Part shown: piece after piece, positions 1 through 12,354 of the stretch | Position numbering within the stretch: position 1 is the stretch's first letter | Layout of the letters: every line of letters begins with the position of its first letter | Origin: Octopus vulgaris | Lineage: Eukaryota | Direction: 5' to 3' | Assembly (NCBI GenBank): GCA_951406725.2 | Contig: OX597822.1 | Span: forward strand, 13,516,001-13,580,000 | DNA: 64,000 bases | The notes under the pieces: generated by a model | Database searches by the model: none | Seen by the model: the letters and a program-made list of their open reading frames with translations, nothing else | Told to the model about the DNA's origin: nothing | Position numbers and translations under genes: made by a program

Positions 1-1130
1 GAAAGTGTTTGTCTCCAATCCTTTCAGACGCGTCCACCAGATACATTCCTTCGCCATAGCCACAAGGATGATGAAAATAGCTCTTCCTTCCCGTTTGAAG
101 GAAGGAGGCGTGACAATATTGACGATAGACTCAGCTGATAAACCGACTCGTCCCACACGTGACAGCAGTTGTTCGACATAAGCCCACAGGTCGGAAATTG
201 TTGGACACTGAACGAGTGCGTGCAGAACGGTTTCGTCGCTCTGACCGCATCTCGGGCAGGTCGGCCCCGTGTTTCTCGAGCCGTGTCTGTAGAGCTTATC
301 CCGAACGGGTAGCGCTTCTCGGTAGCACTGCCAGGCCAGGGATCTCTGGAAGTTGTCCATGGGCCCTGGCCCGAAAGTCGTCCTGAACAGGCGGGTCAGG
401 TACTCCTCGTCGACGTCCAGGTTCGCCCCGAGCTCGTCGTCGTACCTCCCCTCCACTAAACCCCTATAGAATGCTTTGGTTGTGTTGAAGTCACAGGACG
501 GCAGAGTTGCTTGAGAGCAACGCGACACTCGCGGTGCCATTCGCCCTTCCTCGGCCTCTTTTTGATCCACGACTGCAGTTCGGTCATGGAGACGAGCTGC
601 GGGAAAGCGTGCCTCACAAACGGCGACCACACCTGTTCACCGTCGTCTACATAGAGCCAGAGATGTCGCAGTCTCAGCGCGTGTCTGCGCATCATCAACC
701 ACGGCATGCCCAGCCCTCCTTTTAACGGGTGTTGACAGCAAATGGATCGCCTGACCATCGGGACGCATCCTTTCCACAAGAAGCGAAAGAGAATGCGTTG
801 TAGTTTGGTGATGGTAGGGTCGGGACAAGGTACGACGGTCAGGCGGTAGTAGATGACGGACGCGATGTACGTGTTCGCCACCTCCGCTCGACCTTTTAGG
901 GACAGTTTCCTCTCGGCCCATTGCCGGGCGAGAGTGACCACCCTACTCGTTATCTCGTTCCAGTTCTTCTCCACTTGGAGGTCCGGACCAAACAGACCCC
1001 GAGCAACTCAACCGGGCCGTCGGTCCAGCGTCCCACGACGGGGCGCTGGTGGACGGCATGGGCTTGCTTCTCCAGGTGCCTAGTCGCAAGCCCACTGACT
1101 TTTCCCGGTTGATTTTCGCTCCTGTCACCG
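1..1130 (-). mobile_element. 5'-truncated, frameshifted L1/Tx1-clade LINE ORF2 (RT thumb and C-terminal region)
   Basis: ORFs 943..1128 (GAKINREKS) and 456..974 (W..RKLSLKGR...KLQRILFRFLW...R...P.KGGLG) match the post-RT motifs typical of L1/Tx1 ORF2; GC-rich relative to flanks; runs off the window start. Confidence 0.88.
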
Positions 1131-1132
1131 CT

Positions 1133-1149
1133 ATAGATAGGTAGGTAGG

Positions 1150-1247
<98 letters not shown>
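1133..1247. repeat. (GATA)n microsatellite
   Basis: direct reading. Confidence 0.98.
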
Positions 1248-1248
<1 letters not shown>

Positions 1249-1515
1249 CTTTCTTTATTGGCCACACAGAGCTGAACACAGAGGGGACAAATACAAATGT
1301 AAAGCTTTTGTTTTCGAAAATTAAAAAAGGAGGGAAATAAGAAAGTAAGTAAAATTCCGATCGAAAGGGATCGGGAAAAAAAAACGACCAAAATGGATCG
1401 CTATTGTGTGGGAAGTGTGGGGGAAGAGGGGAATGTTCATGTAGAACAGAGAACAGGGGGAGACAAGATACAAGGTGGGGAAGAAGCAAGCTAGGGAGAG
1501 GTACAGGTGTCACTT
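1248..1515 (-). mobile_element. Probable LINE 3' UTR fragment (Tx1-like) ending AATAAAGAAAG followed by a (TATC)n tail
   Basis: minus strand ends ...tttgtcccctctgtgttcagctctgtgtggccaataaagaaag-(tatc)n; pyrimidine-rich UTR-like body; adjacent to Tx1 ORF2. Confidence 0.55.
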
Positions 1516-1722
1516 AGTAGAAGTATGGGTATTGTATTGCCAAATTTGGAAGAGAGACAGTCTGAAACCTGGATCAGCACCCATTGCCAATTTAGCGTTG
1601 TATATAGATTAGATATTCTCCAGCCGATGCCATGAAACTTGAGATGGGCTTTTCATGGACATAATGCAATTTAAGACACTAATACTCACTTTTTAATCTA
1701 GCGTAGTGGAGGAATAATGTTA

Positions 1723-2050
1723 ATAATAAGACTCCGCCGGTTACGACGACGAGGGTCCCAGCTGATACGATCAACGGAACAGCTTGCTCGTGAAATTAAC
1801 GTGCAAATGGCTGAGCATTCCACAGACACGTGTACCCTTAACGTAGTTCTCGGGGAAAATCAGCGTGACACAGAGAGTGACAAGGCTGACCCTTTGAAAT
1901 ACAAGTACAACTCATTTTTGCCAGCTGAGTGGACTGGAGCAACGTGAAATAAAGTGTCTTGCTCAGGGACACAACGCGTCGCTGGGAATCGAACTCACAA
2001 CCTTACGATCATGAGCCGAATGCCCTAACCACTAAGCCACGCGCCCTCAC
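1723..2050 (-). mobile_element. Full-length tRNA-derived SINE with 13-bp TSD
   Basis: minus strand A-box TGGCTTAGTGG, B-box GTTCGATTC, core ttgtgtccctgagcaagacacttt, (TTA) tail; TSD AGGAATAATGTTA at 1710..1722 and 2051..2063; partial relative at ~42345..42515. Confidence 0.92.
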
Positions 2051-3519
2051 AGGAATAATGTTAGATAGTGAAAGGATGCTATTTTTATTCATATAATAGT
2101 TCATGAAACTTTTATTATCAGGACATAATTACTGATATATTTAGAGATTTTGTTTCAAATGAGTTGACGTCAAGTTAAAGTTGTTGAAATTAAAGATGCT
2201 GAAATTTTCAACTGCGACCATTCCGTCTGGTTACGGATAGTATTTAGGAAAATATTACCTGTACACCTCCTTATTTAAGACAGTAATTTGAGCTTCCACG
2301 AAAATTTAGCTGCTATTTCTGGGATCTAGAGACCACGTTGAGAGTATTTTGTTTAGAAGTTGTGAAAATGGGAGTCAAAATGCATAACTGCGATTATCTG
2401 TAGCTCTTCCTTATCTCCTAACTTCAAAATATCTTTCCTGCTTTGTTTTCGATGTAATTAGCTGAAATACCCTTGAAGCTAGGGATTTAAAATAAAAGGA
2501 ATGAAAGAAAGCAAGAAACGATAAATGAATGATTGAAAGAACGAAAAAATAAATATGGTTAATTATAGAGATAAAGGCAATTAATGAAACAAGTTGTCTA
2601 AATTGTTCACTGATAACTTCTTGAAATTCATGTTGTTTATTTTTCTATCGCCTGAATGATGGTATGTAGCGACAGCAGTAGAACGGAGCAACAAAACGAA
2701 TAATCAGCTTCTTACCAACAAACAAATAAACACTATTAGATATGTTGAGGAATTTTTTCTTCTCGTTTGTACATCCAAACATATTGAAAATTCAGTTGCA
2801 TTTGTTATCTTTCTGGCTCTCATTTTCGGTTTTATAGGTCAAGATATAAGCAATATACTTCGTATACTATCCTTCTTTTGTTGGTTGGCAACAACAATTT
2901 TATTTTAAATGTGGGATGGCTAGAAACATATATTTGTGTCCGGAGTAAAATATATGAACACACACATACTCATATACCTAGACACACACGAACATAGACA
3001 AATATATATACGTGTGTGTGCGTGTGTTATAATTTAGAACAAACAGTAACAGGTTGTCATGATAGTACTCGATGTTTCGAATGTCGGAGCGAAGAGCTAC
3101 GATATGTTCTCGTCGACTACTAATGGCAACAGAAGCTATGAAAAACCGTTGAAAAAAAGGTAATTTACTCTATTAGGTAGAAAAAGAAAAAAGAAAAAAG
3201 ATAGAAAATACACGCAACCATATTCTCACAATACATAGACATAAACCTCCTGCGTTCACAACGTCTACATACTTACACACTCACACAAACTCCGATTACT
3301 ATGATGACAACCTTTTACTGTTTTTTTCTAATTTATAACATAAAAAAACCTCTATTGCTCTAATATTGAGGTTTCATTCTTTTGTTGTCACTTATTATTA
3401 AATGACCTCCCGTACACCGCAGCTTTTTTTCTCTAAGAGCTTAATACAGCTTGTATTGAATAGTTGCTATCAATCGCTTGAGGAATTTCTCCCACAGAAG
3501 AATCTAATATGGTTCCTTA

Positions 3520-4985
3520 GAGTATCGATTACTCAATGAAAATCATACCTATACCTTCCAGAGAACTATACTCTTAAAAAAATAATTGGAGAAAATGACG
3601 GATCTTATTAAACGTATGAGATGGAAGGTCTTCCATTACAACAATGAAGAGTCTATCGCAGAGAACATATACCATGAAATTAAATCCCTTCCAAAATCAA
3701 GGACTTGGGAGACTTCGAAACAGATCTACTCATACTTACAGACAAAATCAAATTTCGTAATTCCTTTAAAACTTTTCAATAGAAACTGAAAAAGACATTA
3801 AAAACATAAAAAATTTCAAAAGAACGGCACTTTCTTCTGATAAAACCAAGAACTTATACCTTGTAGACAACAGCCCTTACTCACAACTCCTACATAACAA
3901 TGTTATTAGTAATTACACTAAAGCTAGACTACAAGTTTATAACGACATTAATAAAGAAGCTAGTATCATCACCGCTAGGTTTAAATTAGATTTTTTTTAA
4001 ATATTGATCCTTCCAAAATAAAAAAAAGACCTTTATAACTATTAAGAACCATAAAGAGAACTTCCTATCTAATCCTAAATAAAGATTAATTAACCCTGCA
4101 AAATCAGAAATTGGTATAATTAGTCAGGAAATTTTATGAAAAATCAATGCTAAAGTTAGAGGGTCAAGTAATTTAGTACAATGGTCCCAAAGTTGTTTAA
4201 AACAATTAGAAATAAGAATAAAGCAAGATTTAAACAATTTAATATTGTAGATCTCTATGCATCTATTTCTAGAAAACTGCTAAATAAAGCCCTCACTTTC
4301 GCAAGCGATTTTACAGAGATTCGTGAACAAGATTAGGATATAATCCTCTATGCTAGAAAGACCTTACTCTTCAGCGAGAACACAGAGTGGGTCAAGACAG
4401 CAGAATCAGAAGGTTCTTTCGATGTGAGCATGGCGTCATATGATGGAACAGGCATACGCGATCTCATTGGGCTATTCCTGCTTGACACGTTAGGGAAAGC
4501 TTTTCCTGGTGTATATTTCGCTATTTATAGGGATGATGCTCTAGCTTTAGCTAAGAATACCATTGGACCAGCGCAAAATCCGTTAAGGAAGGGTGTTATC
4601 CGTCTTATGAAAACATTCGATCTAAGCATAACAAAAGATGCCAACCTGACGGTTGTCAATTTCCTTGACGTATTTCTAAATTTACAAAAGAATATTTACA
4701 AACCCTATAGAAAGCGCAACGATGGACTTAGTTATATTAATGTAGGTTCCTGCCACCCCATCCCCAGAGTGTTTAAGAATTAGTTAAGAATCTTAGAAGG
4801 AGAATTTATAGCCTCCCCTCCAATATAAACATATTTAATAATGTTGCCCCACTATATAACAATGCCCTTAAAGCTAATGGATTTGAAGAGGAAATAGCTT
4901 ATACACCTGCTATTAAGCCAGAAATAAAGAAACGAAAACATAGACACAGGAATATTATCTGGTTCACATCCCGTTACTCCTCGGA
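3520..4985 (+). mobile_element. Decayed Penelope-like element (PLE) reverse transcriptase
   Basis: motifs across frameshifts: DLIKRMRWK, DKTKNLY, HKENF.SNPK.RLINPAKSEIG, MASYDG, IYRDDAL (4526..4537 = YRDD), NFLDV, PYRK, S.HP, RNIIWF; stops before the GIY-YIG domain. Confidence 0.85.
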
Positions 4986-5084
4986 AGCAATCTATTATTG
5001 TTGTTGTTGTTGTTATTATTATTATATAATATATTATTATTATATATGACCATCTGAAGAATCAATAAGATATGTGTGTGTGGA

Positions 5085-5132
<48 letters not shown>

Positions 5133-5689
5133 GTGTGTGCGAGCGTGCGTTGTGTGCGAGCGTGCTGGAGAACGAGAGAAAATAAAAAAAAAAAACATTA
5201 TGAAGTCTACTCCGAAATACTTTGGCATCGAATCCGCGTCGACAAAGGGCAGCGCCAAAGCGGCAGCGCCAAAAACGGCAGTGCTAAAACGTCTCGTAGC
5301 TCGCTGGAATATCTTCGATCATGGGTTTTCACGATGATACTCCAAGACCTGTAGAACAACAGCCTTTATTGCCATAAAGAACAAGCTCTTTTCTTTGTAA
5401 TGACATTATTCCAAAGACATAAAATTACGTGTTAAGACAAATCGAAGATGAAATCTTTGCACTGGACAATCTTAGGCACGGGATAATTAAGTCTCGCTCC
5501 ACGGCGCACGAGAATTAATATTGATTTATCTTGTTTAAGGTACGAATCACCTTTTAGAAACAGGAACAGATTAAATCTTGAATGTAGAGGCCATACACAT
5601 TTAAAGGGGGATGGAAATTAAAGGGAACTGAATCAATACGCCATCTTTTGTTTCTCTTCTCTTCCTCTTCCTACTGCTGCCACGACGAC

Positions 5690-5737
5690 GACTATTACGA
5701 TAACAACAATAGAAACAACAACAAGCATAATGATGGC

Positions 5738-5806
<69 letters not shown>

Positions 5807-5822
5807 GATGATGATGATGATG

Positions 5823-5905
<83 letters not shown>

Positions 5906-5911
5906 TATTAT

Positions 5912-6003
<92 letters not shown>

Positions 6004-6018
6004 CAATAATAATGATAA
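5690..6018. repeat. (AAT)n/(GAT)n trinucleotide tract
   Basis: direct reading. Confidence 0.97.
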
Positions 6019-6110
6019 TTGCAGGTATGAAAGACAGGAAGAATTATTCGAAGGAAACTATTTTAATCTGGTCGCGAATAACCAATACCACGCCACACAT
6101 ACACGCATAA

Positions 6111-6141
<31 letters not shown>

Positions 6142-7370
6142 TACACGCAAACACAAATATACGCATAGATCCATATAAATCCAAACGCACACATACATAT
6201 ATACATAAGAACATACACACACATATATATATACATACATAGATACACTCAGTCATACATACACACAGACATATATATGTGTGTGTGTATGTTCGAATAT
6301 TTGTGTGTGTGTCTGCTTCAATATATCTATGTGTGTGTACGTACTTATATACATATCTATATATCTATATGTATATATGTATATATATATTTATATATAT
6401 ATATATCTATATATATATATATTTATTTATACACATACACACACATATATATATATATATGTACATATATATATATATATGTATACACTTATATGTATAC
6501 ATACATACATACATACATACATACATACATACGTAAATAGATACTTACACACACATATGCACAGATACAGAACCAGCATTTAGCGTAAAATAGAAATATC
6601 CCGCTCTCTCCTATTTCCATGTTTTACAGCAAAATAATAAAAAAAAAGCACTACATGATGTCTTACTCTGAACATATAATGTTTGGGGAGGGTCAAGAAG
6701 AGAGAACAGGATCAATGCTTAATGCTTAATCTGCTGGATATGTCCTGGTCAGATGTTCCCTTATACAAATGCCAGTCCGGAAGGCGATGGCGTTAGCAAA
6801 GTGGTACTGCGGCTGCGCTTGATTGTGTGTTTTTTTTCTTATTATTTTGAGTTGTACGTCATGTTATTCACTTGCAGGCGAAGTACGGACGGCTTGTGTG
6901 TATGTGTTTGTTTCTGTGTGTGTGTTTGTGTTTGTTTCTCAGTGTGTATGCGTTTGCATGTGTATTTGTGTGTATGCGTGTGCGCGCACGTGTGTATGCG
7001 TGTTTGTTCTTTTGTGTGTGTGTGAAAGGATGGTTGTATGTAGTCGTATATCTTATGAAAATGATGGAGTGTTTGTGAAAGTGTGTATCTGAGTAAATGC
7101 GTGCGTGAAGTGATAGCGCAGTGCACAAAACACCAACAGGACAACATTCACTTCTACCACTTCCGGTTCCCACCGACTCAACCGGCTCCGAAACTACCGC
7201 TAATAACCAATGACACCTCTACCACCAACACCAGCAACACCTGTACCGTCATCAACACCATCATCATTACAAAGACCAAGACTAATACATGTTTCTTTAC
7301 TACCCACAAGTGGCTAAACACAGAGAGAACAAACAAGGACAGACAAACGGATTAAGTCGATTACATCTGT

Positions 7371-7754
7371 ATTCTAGGATCAGATATGGCGATGGTATTT
7401 ATCTGTCCTTGTTTGTCCTCTCTGTGTTTAGCCCCTTGTGAGTAGTAAAGAAATAGGAAATAGGTGTTTCGTCAGCCGTTACATACTGAGTTCAAATTTC
7501 GCCGAGGTAGACTTTGCCTTTCATCCTTTCGGGGTCGATTAAATAAGTACCAGTTACGCACCAGTGCGAACCTGGTACTTATTTAATCGACCCCGAAAGG
7601 ATGAAAGGCAAAGTCTACCTCGGCGAAATTTGAACTCAGTATGTAACGGCTGACGAAACACCTATTTCCTATTTCTTTACTACTCACAAGGGGCTAAACA
7701 CAGAGAGGACAAACAAGGACAGACAAATACCATCGCCATATCTGATCCTAGAAT
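7371..7754. repeat. Near-perfect ~385-bp palindrome built from a SINE junction fragment plus unique flank
   Basis: attctaggatcagatatggcgatggta... mirrors ...taccatcgccatatctgatcctagaat; centre ~7562. Confidence 0.93.
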
Positions 7755-8391
7755 TAATAACACCACCTCTGCCACCTATACCACAGCTATCATCACCACC
7801 ACAGCCATCAACATCGTTATTTTAACACCTCTCCTACCTTCACCAACACAACTACCACCAAAACCATACTGGCATCACAAATACCAAACTTCTATCACCA
7901 ATATCACTACCACCACCAGTACTACCACCAGCATATCACTACAACTAAGACTAGTACCACCTGAATATGACTGCCAGCAACGCCATCACCACTGCAACTG
8001 CCACCCCCACCATTTTTTTGCATTCAGATATTCAATGTTAATGCTTTTCATTCGGCCGACGTGTTAATTCCCTCTGTATTTGATAAACTCCTATATACAT
8101 TTTCTCCAAACACATTTCTGTGGATGGACGCATTTCCCCCCTACACGTGTTTCTATTCCCATTTTTACTTCGGACAGCTTTTTCTATGCATATCGTCTAC
8201 ACCTAATGTTATTGTTGAATTTGAATTTAGTTTTTATTTCGATAAGCTTTATTTTCTCAGTGTGTTTGGGCCTTGTACTTTTGAGCTGTCTCGTTTCTCT
8301 ACCTAGCGCACGATTTCTAATCGCAGCCAACCTCTCCTTAAATACATTATTTACAATTTGACGGACATTTCTCTTCGTATTGTTTGTTGTT

Positions 8392-8437
8392 AACACAACA
8401 TTTCGGCTGATATACCATCCAGCCTTCATCAGGTGTC
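8392..8437 (-). ncRNA. Minimal type I hammerhead ribozyme motif
   Basis: minus: gacac CTGATGA a ggctgg atggtata tcagcc GAAA tg TT gtgtt. Confidence 0.72.
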
Positions 8438-8484
8438 TTGGGGAAATTTCGAACCTGGGTTCTCATTCCTGAGGTATTTGTCGA

Positions 8485-8561
<77 letters not shown>

Positions 8562-8688
8562 TCACTGCCTGGAATCGAACTCGGAATCTTGGGGTTAGTA
8601 GCCTACGCTCTTAACCACTATGCTATATAATTGTAATAACATCGAAAAATACCTTAGGACTCAGAACCCAGGTTCGAAATTTCCCCAA

Positions 8689-8734
8689 GACACCTGATGA
8701 AGGCTGGAGGGTATATCATCAGAAACGTTGTGTT
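8689..8734 (+). ncRNA. Minimal type I hammerhead ribozyme motif (helix II partly decayed)
   Basis: gacac CTGATGA aggctgg..tcatca GAAA cg TT gtgtt. Confidence 0.65.
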
Positions 8735-9546
8735 AACAACAACGATGAGGACAAATATCCGTCAAATGTAAATAATGTAAATAATGTACATAATTCCTCA
8801 TCTCTTAAATATAGAACTGTACTCTCCTTAAATGAATAGGCACTACATCTCATACACACACATACACACGCATCCCTCAATTTATGCTTCTATGTCGTGC
8901 GTGCTTTTCTTACCTTATGCTCTTTAGTTTTAACTTCTACAAATTTCACTCTCTTCTACGTTCTTCCAAATCAAAATTCCCTGTAATGAATTACTAAACT
9001 TATTTTCAACAGATTCATATAGTTTCTCATTTATTTTTCTGTAATACTCATTTAACAATGTAATAATTTCATTATCAATTTTTAGTTTCATTTCCATTTA
9101 AATTCTAATTTCTATCACTCGCAATATTTTTTTCTCCTTCTGATCAGGTCCTTCTGCCTCTCGATATCGTTTTTACGACGATAGATTCTTTATGCTATCC
9201 AGTTTTAAATTCCAGTTCCACTGACCCTCAATTTTTCCGTTATGGTCAACTGCTTTCAGCCAAGAGATTTTCGTTATTTAAAAAGCAAATGCCCTCCCCA
9301 CTCAATTTGAAATATTTATTCAATAAGTTTTGTTCATCTTTTGTTTTATCTTTCACTTGTTCAGTCATTAGACTGAGGCCATGCTGGAGTACTGCCTTGA
9401 AGCATTTTTTAGTCGAATGAATCAACACAAGTACTTTTTTTTAGTTTATGTTTGGTATTTATTATATCGGATCCTTGTACCGAACCGCTATGTTACAGAT
9501 ACCTAAACACGCCGACACACAAATATATATATATATATAAATATAT

Positions 9547-10052
9547 ATAGATGAATTTGTTAAAAAGGATACCAAACACCAAGGCAAGACTTCTCAAGTC
9601 ATAAATGTTATTATTATTAAAATTTATTAAGCAATTTTAAAGTCTTACAGCTGTTTCTGCGATATCGTATAAACATGTGGGATATCCCGTCATCGGAGAC
9701 AGATGGTGAGGAAGTGAAAGGGGATAGAGTAGAGAGACGATGGAGTGAAGCACTGGAGAAATAAAGGAACAGAAGCATGTAGAAAAAGAGAAAAAGGAAA
9801 AAAGAGAATAAAAGAGAAAAATCCTTTTTCCTTATTTTCTACATCTCTTTATTTCTTTATTTCTCCAGTGCTTTAGTCCATCGTTTTCGTAATCTATACC
9901 CTTTCACTTCCTCGCTATCTATCTCTGATGATGGGAAATTCCACATATTTTTGGGATATCCCAGAAACAGCTGTTAAGACTTTAAAATTGCTTAATAATC
10001 TTTAATAATAATAACCTTGGTATTTGTTATCCTTTTCAACAAATTTATATCT
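9547..10052. mobile_element. Diverged fold-back element with an HHR in each arm (9642..9700 minus; 9922..9979 plus)
   Basis: minus: gtct CCGATGA cgggatatc..gatatcgca GAAA CAGCTG TA agac; plus: tct CTGATGA tggga..tccca GAAA CAGCTG; arms inverted around ~9815; follows (TA)n. Confidence 0.82.
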
Positions 10053-10785
10053 GCTTTATCGGAAATCTACAATAGTTCCATAGTTCCATATGTCCCGTCT
10101 CAGTTACGAGCTTGGAACCCAGGTAATCTGTTACACCACTTACCCAGCATACCTATCCCTGTAAATCATTTGTGAACTAAACCCCCATAATTTATATTTG
10201 TTTAAATATATATATATATATATACACGACGGGCTTCTTTCGGTTTCCACACATAAAGCCTTGGTTGCCCAAGGCTCCTCGCAGTGGGACTGCAAACGGA
10301 TCCATGTATTTGGAAGCAAGCTTCTTACAACACAGCAACGCCTGCGTCTAGTAATCATGACAGAAATATATATCCATAGGGCATTGTATTATTCGTGAAA
10401 CTTTGAGTAACAATTTGTGAAGATTTTTCTGCATCAATGACATATTTTATATAACATCTGAATTTCGAATACAATTTTTTCCGCCTTGTTCTGCATCTAT
10501 TGTGCCCACTTGCAATATGTGTGTATGCGTGAGTGTCTACATGGATGTATATGTACGTGATGTGTGTGTGTTTGTATTTATCTAATTACGCGTGTATATA
10601 TGCATATGTATGTATATATGTGTGTATATCCTTTATTTGAGGGTGAACAAGGAAACTATAAGAAGGCATCTTCATGAGAAGGCATATTCACAATTGTTTA
10701 AATGTGCAGCCTGGAAGTATGGGTACCTATTTCCGAATCCCGTTCAATCTCGTGTAACCTCGTGTATTTTCACCCAAAAATAAGA

Positions 10786-10893
10786 CGAGTTTCCATATAC
10801 CAATGTAGACGAGTATCAACATTTTCATATACCAATGGAGATGAGTATCAACACTTCCATGTAACAATGAACACAGGTACCAACACTTCCATT
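10786..10893 (+). repeat. Degenerate ~32-bp minisatellite, about 3.5 units
   Basis: unit approx gagtatcaacacttccatataccaatggagat. Confidence 0.7.
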
Positions 10894-11201
10894 TTGAAGA
10901 TCTCTTCGCATGAAATCATTGGTTACCTTGTTAATCCACAAATAATGAATATTTATCCACCAATGCAATTTTAAGCACTCGTTCTCTCTATTCGATTATT
11001 AGCGTCTGCATGAATATATATAATTCCAATAGAGTTAGTGGTTCTGAATCCAATCACCCAAGGGATAATATCTATCCAATATGCTGCTGGTAGAATACCC
11101 AAATATTAATACACAAGTATTTTTTCATTGCATGGCAATTACATTACTGAGTGTAATAAATGGGTGAGGGTAAAAAATTTTTTTACCCTTAATTTATACA
11201 G

Positions 11202-11591
11202 CAATAAGAAAAATGGAGGGGATCAATAGATGGTATTCATCAACTTTTAGACATTATATTATGTCTATTTATTTATCTAAAAAGACAATTATAACAATAT
11301 ACAAACATGTATAACATATTATGTTTTACATATAAAATATATAAAATATAAAATATAAAATATAAAAAATATAAAATACAAAATACCAGTAATTATTAAA
11401 ATATATATTACTAGTATTTATGAATTTATATTTTTTATATTTTATATTATATATATTATATATGTAAAGCATAATATCTTATACATGTTGTATATTGTTA
11501 TAACTGTCTTTTTAAAAAATAAATAGATAGACATAATATTCTAAAAGTGGATGAATAATACGACCTCTTGATTCCCTCCATTTTCTTATTG
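11202..11591. repeat. AT-rich ~390-bp imperfect fold-back
   Basis: caataagaaaaatggaggg... mirrors ...ccctccattttcttattg; centre ~11400; abuts (TA)n. Confidence 0.85.
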
Positions 11592-11630
<39 letters not shown>

Positions 11631-11634
<4 letters not shown>

Positions 11635-11840
11635 ATCCAAACAAGAAAACACAGAAAAAAAACACAGCAACGCGAGGACGTGGAACAATTAAAGTATTAT
11701 TTGACGCTCAGGAAAGAAGGGAAGGAGGGTTTAACGTTTCGAGCGGAGCTCTTCGTCGGAAACAAGAAGAAGGAAAGATCCCAAGAAGAAAAGACAGAGG
11801 AAAAAAATATTTTTGCTGGTGGTGCTCAAGAGATCACATG
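11631..11840 (-). mobile_element. Short (TA)n-adjacent element with minimal HHR at 11730..11762
   Basis: minus: ttt CCGACGA a gagc tcc gctc GAAA cg TT aaa; related to the 23701 family. Confidence 0.7.
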
Positions 11841-12093
11841 AATATGAAGCGTTCCAGTTAACAAGTATTTCAAGTTTCACCATACCACCTTGTTTTCAAT
11901 AAGACTGGTTAAACAAGCCGCAAAGTGGAAGCTTTGGAGTTCCATTCAACTCAAATATATTTAATATATTTTACCAAGAGAACAGCTGTAAGTCAGACCA
12001 TCCACTAATGTCTTAGGAAATGTTTAACGTCAACAATTTATTTGTCCACAAACAAATACGCACACACACACTTATATATATGTATATAAGTAT

Positions 12094-12245
<152 letters not shown>

Positions 12246-12354
12246 CATATGTATGTAATATATACATAATTAAGGATAAAATCAATTAATAGTCTTATCA
12301 GTGGCCAGCATGTAATAAAAACCATTTAGGTAAACATTAATATAAATATATAAT

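Larger units (their letters stand above)
8344..8821. mobile_element. Fold-back element: tRNA-like head + (AAT)n + HHR body on the minus strand, inverted HHR body on the plus strand, 12-bp TSD
   Basis: arms ~8344..8490 and ~8635..8790 are inverted copies; tRNA-like head 8558..8626; TSD CTCTCCTTAAAT at 8332..8343 and 8822..8833. Confidence 0.85.

Noticed and set aside
1960-2050. tRNA-like sequences (also 8558, 33460, 43815)
   Set aside because: A/B boxes are present but acceptor stems are incomplete and they continue into SINE bodies; not tRNA genes
5050-5062. CTGAAGA just downstream of the PLE RT
   Set aside because: Immediately interrupted by (TG)n; no second half of the ribozyme
5235-5295. 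GC-rich short tandem (ggcagcgccaaa) resembling a DNA-transposon subterminal repeat
   Set aside because: No partner terminus or TSD identified
10786-10893. Short repeats resembling a CRISPR array
   Set aside because: Contiguous degenerate tandem units without unique spacers, in eukaryotic context with no cas genes
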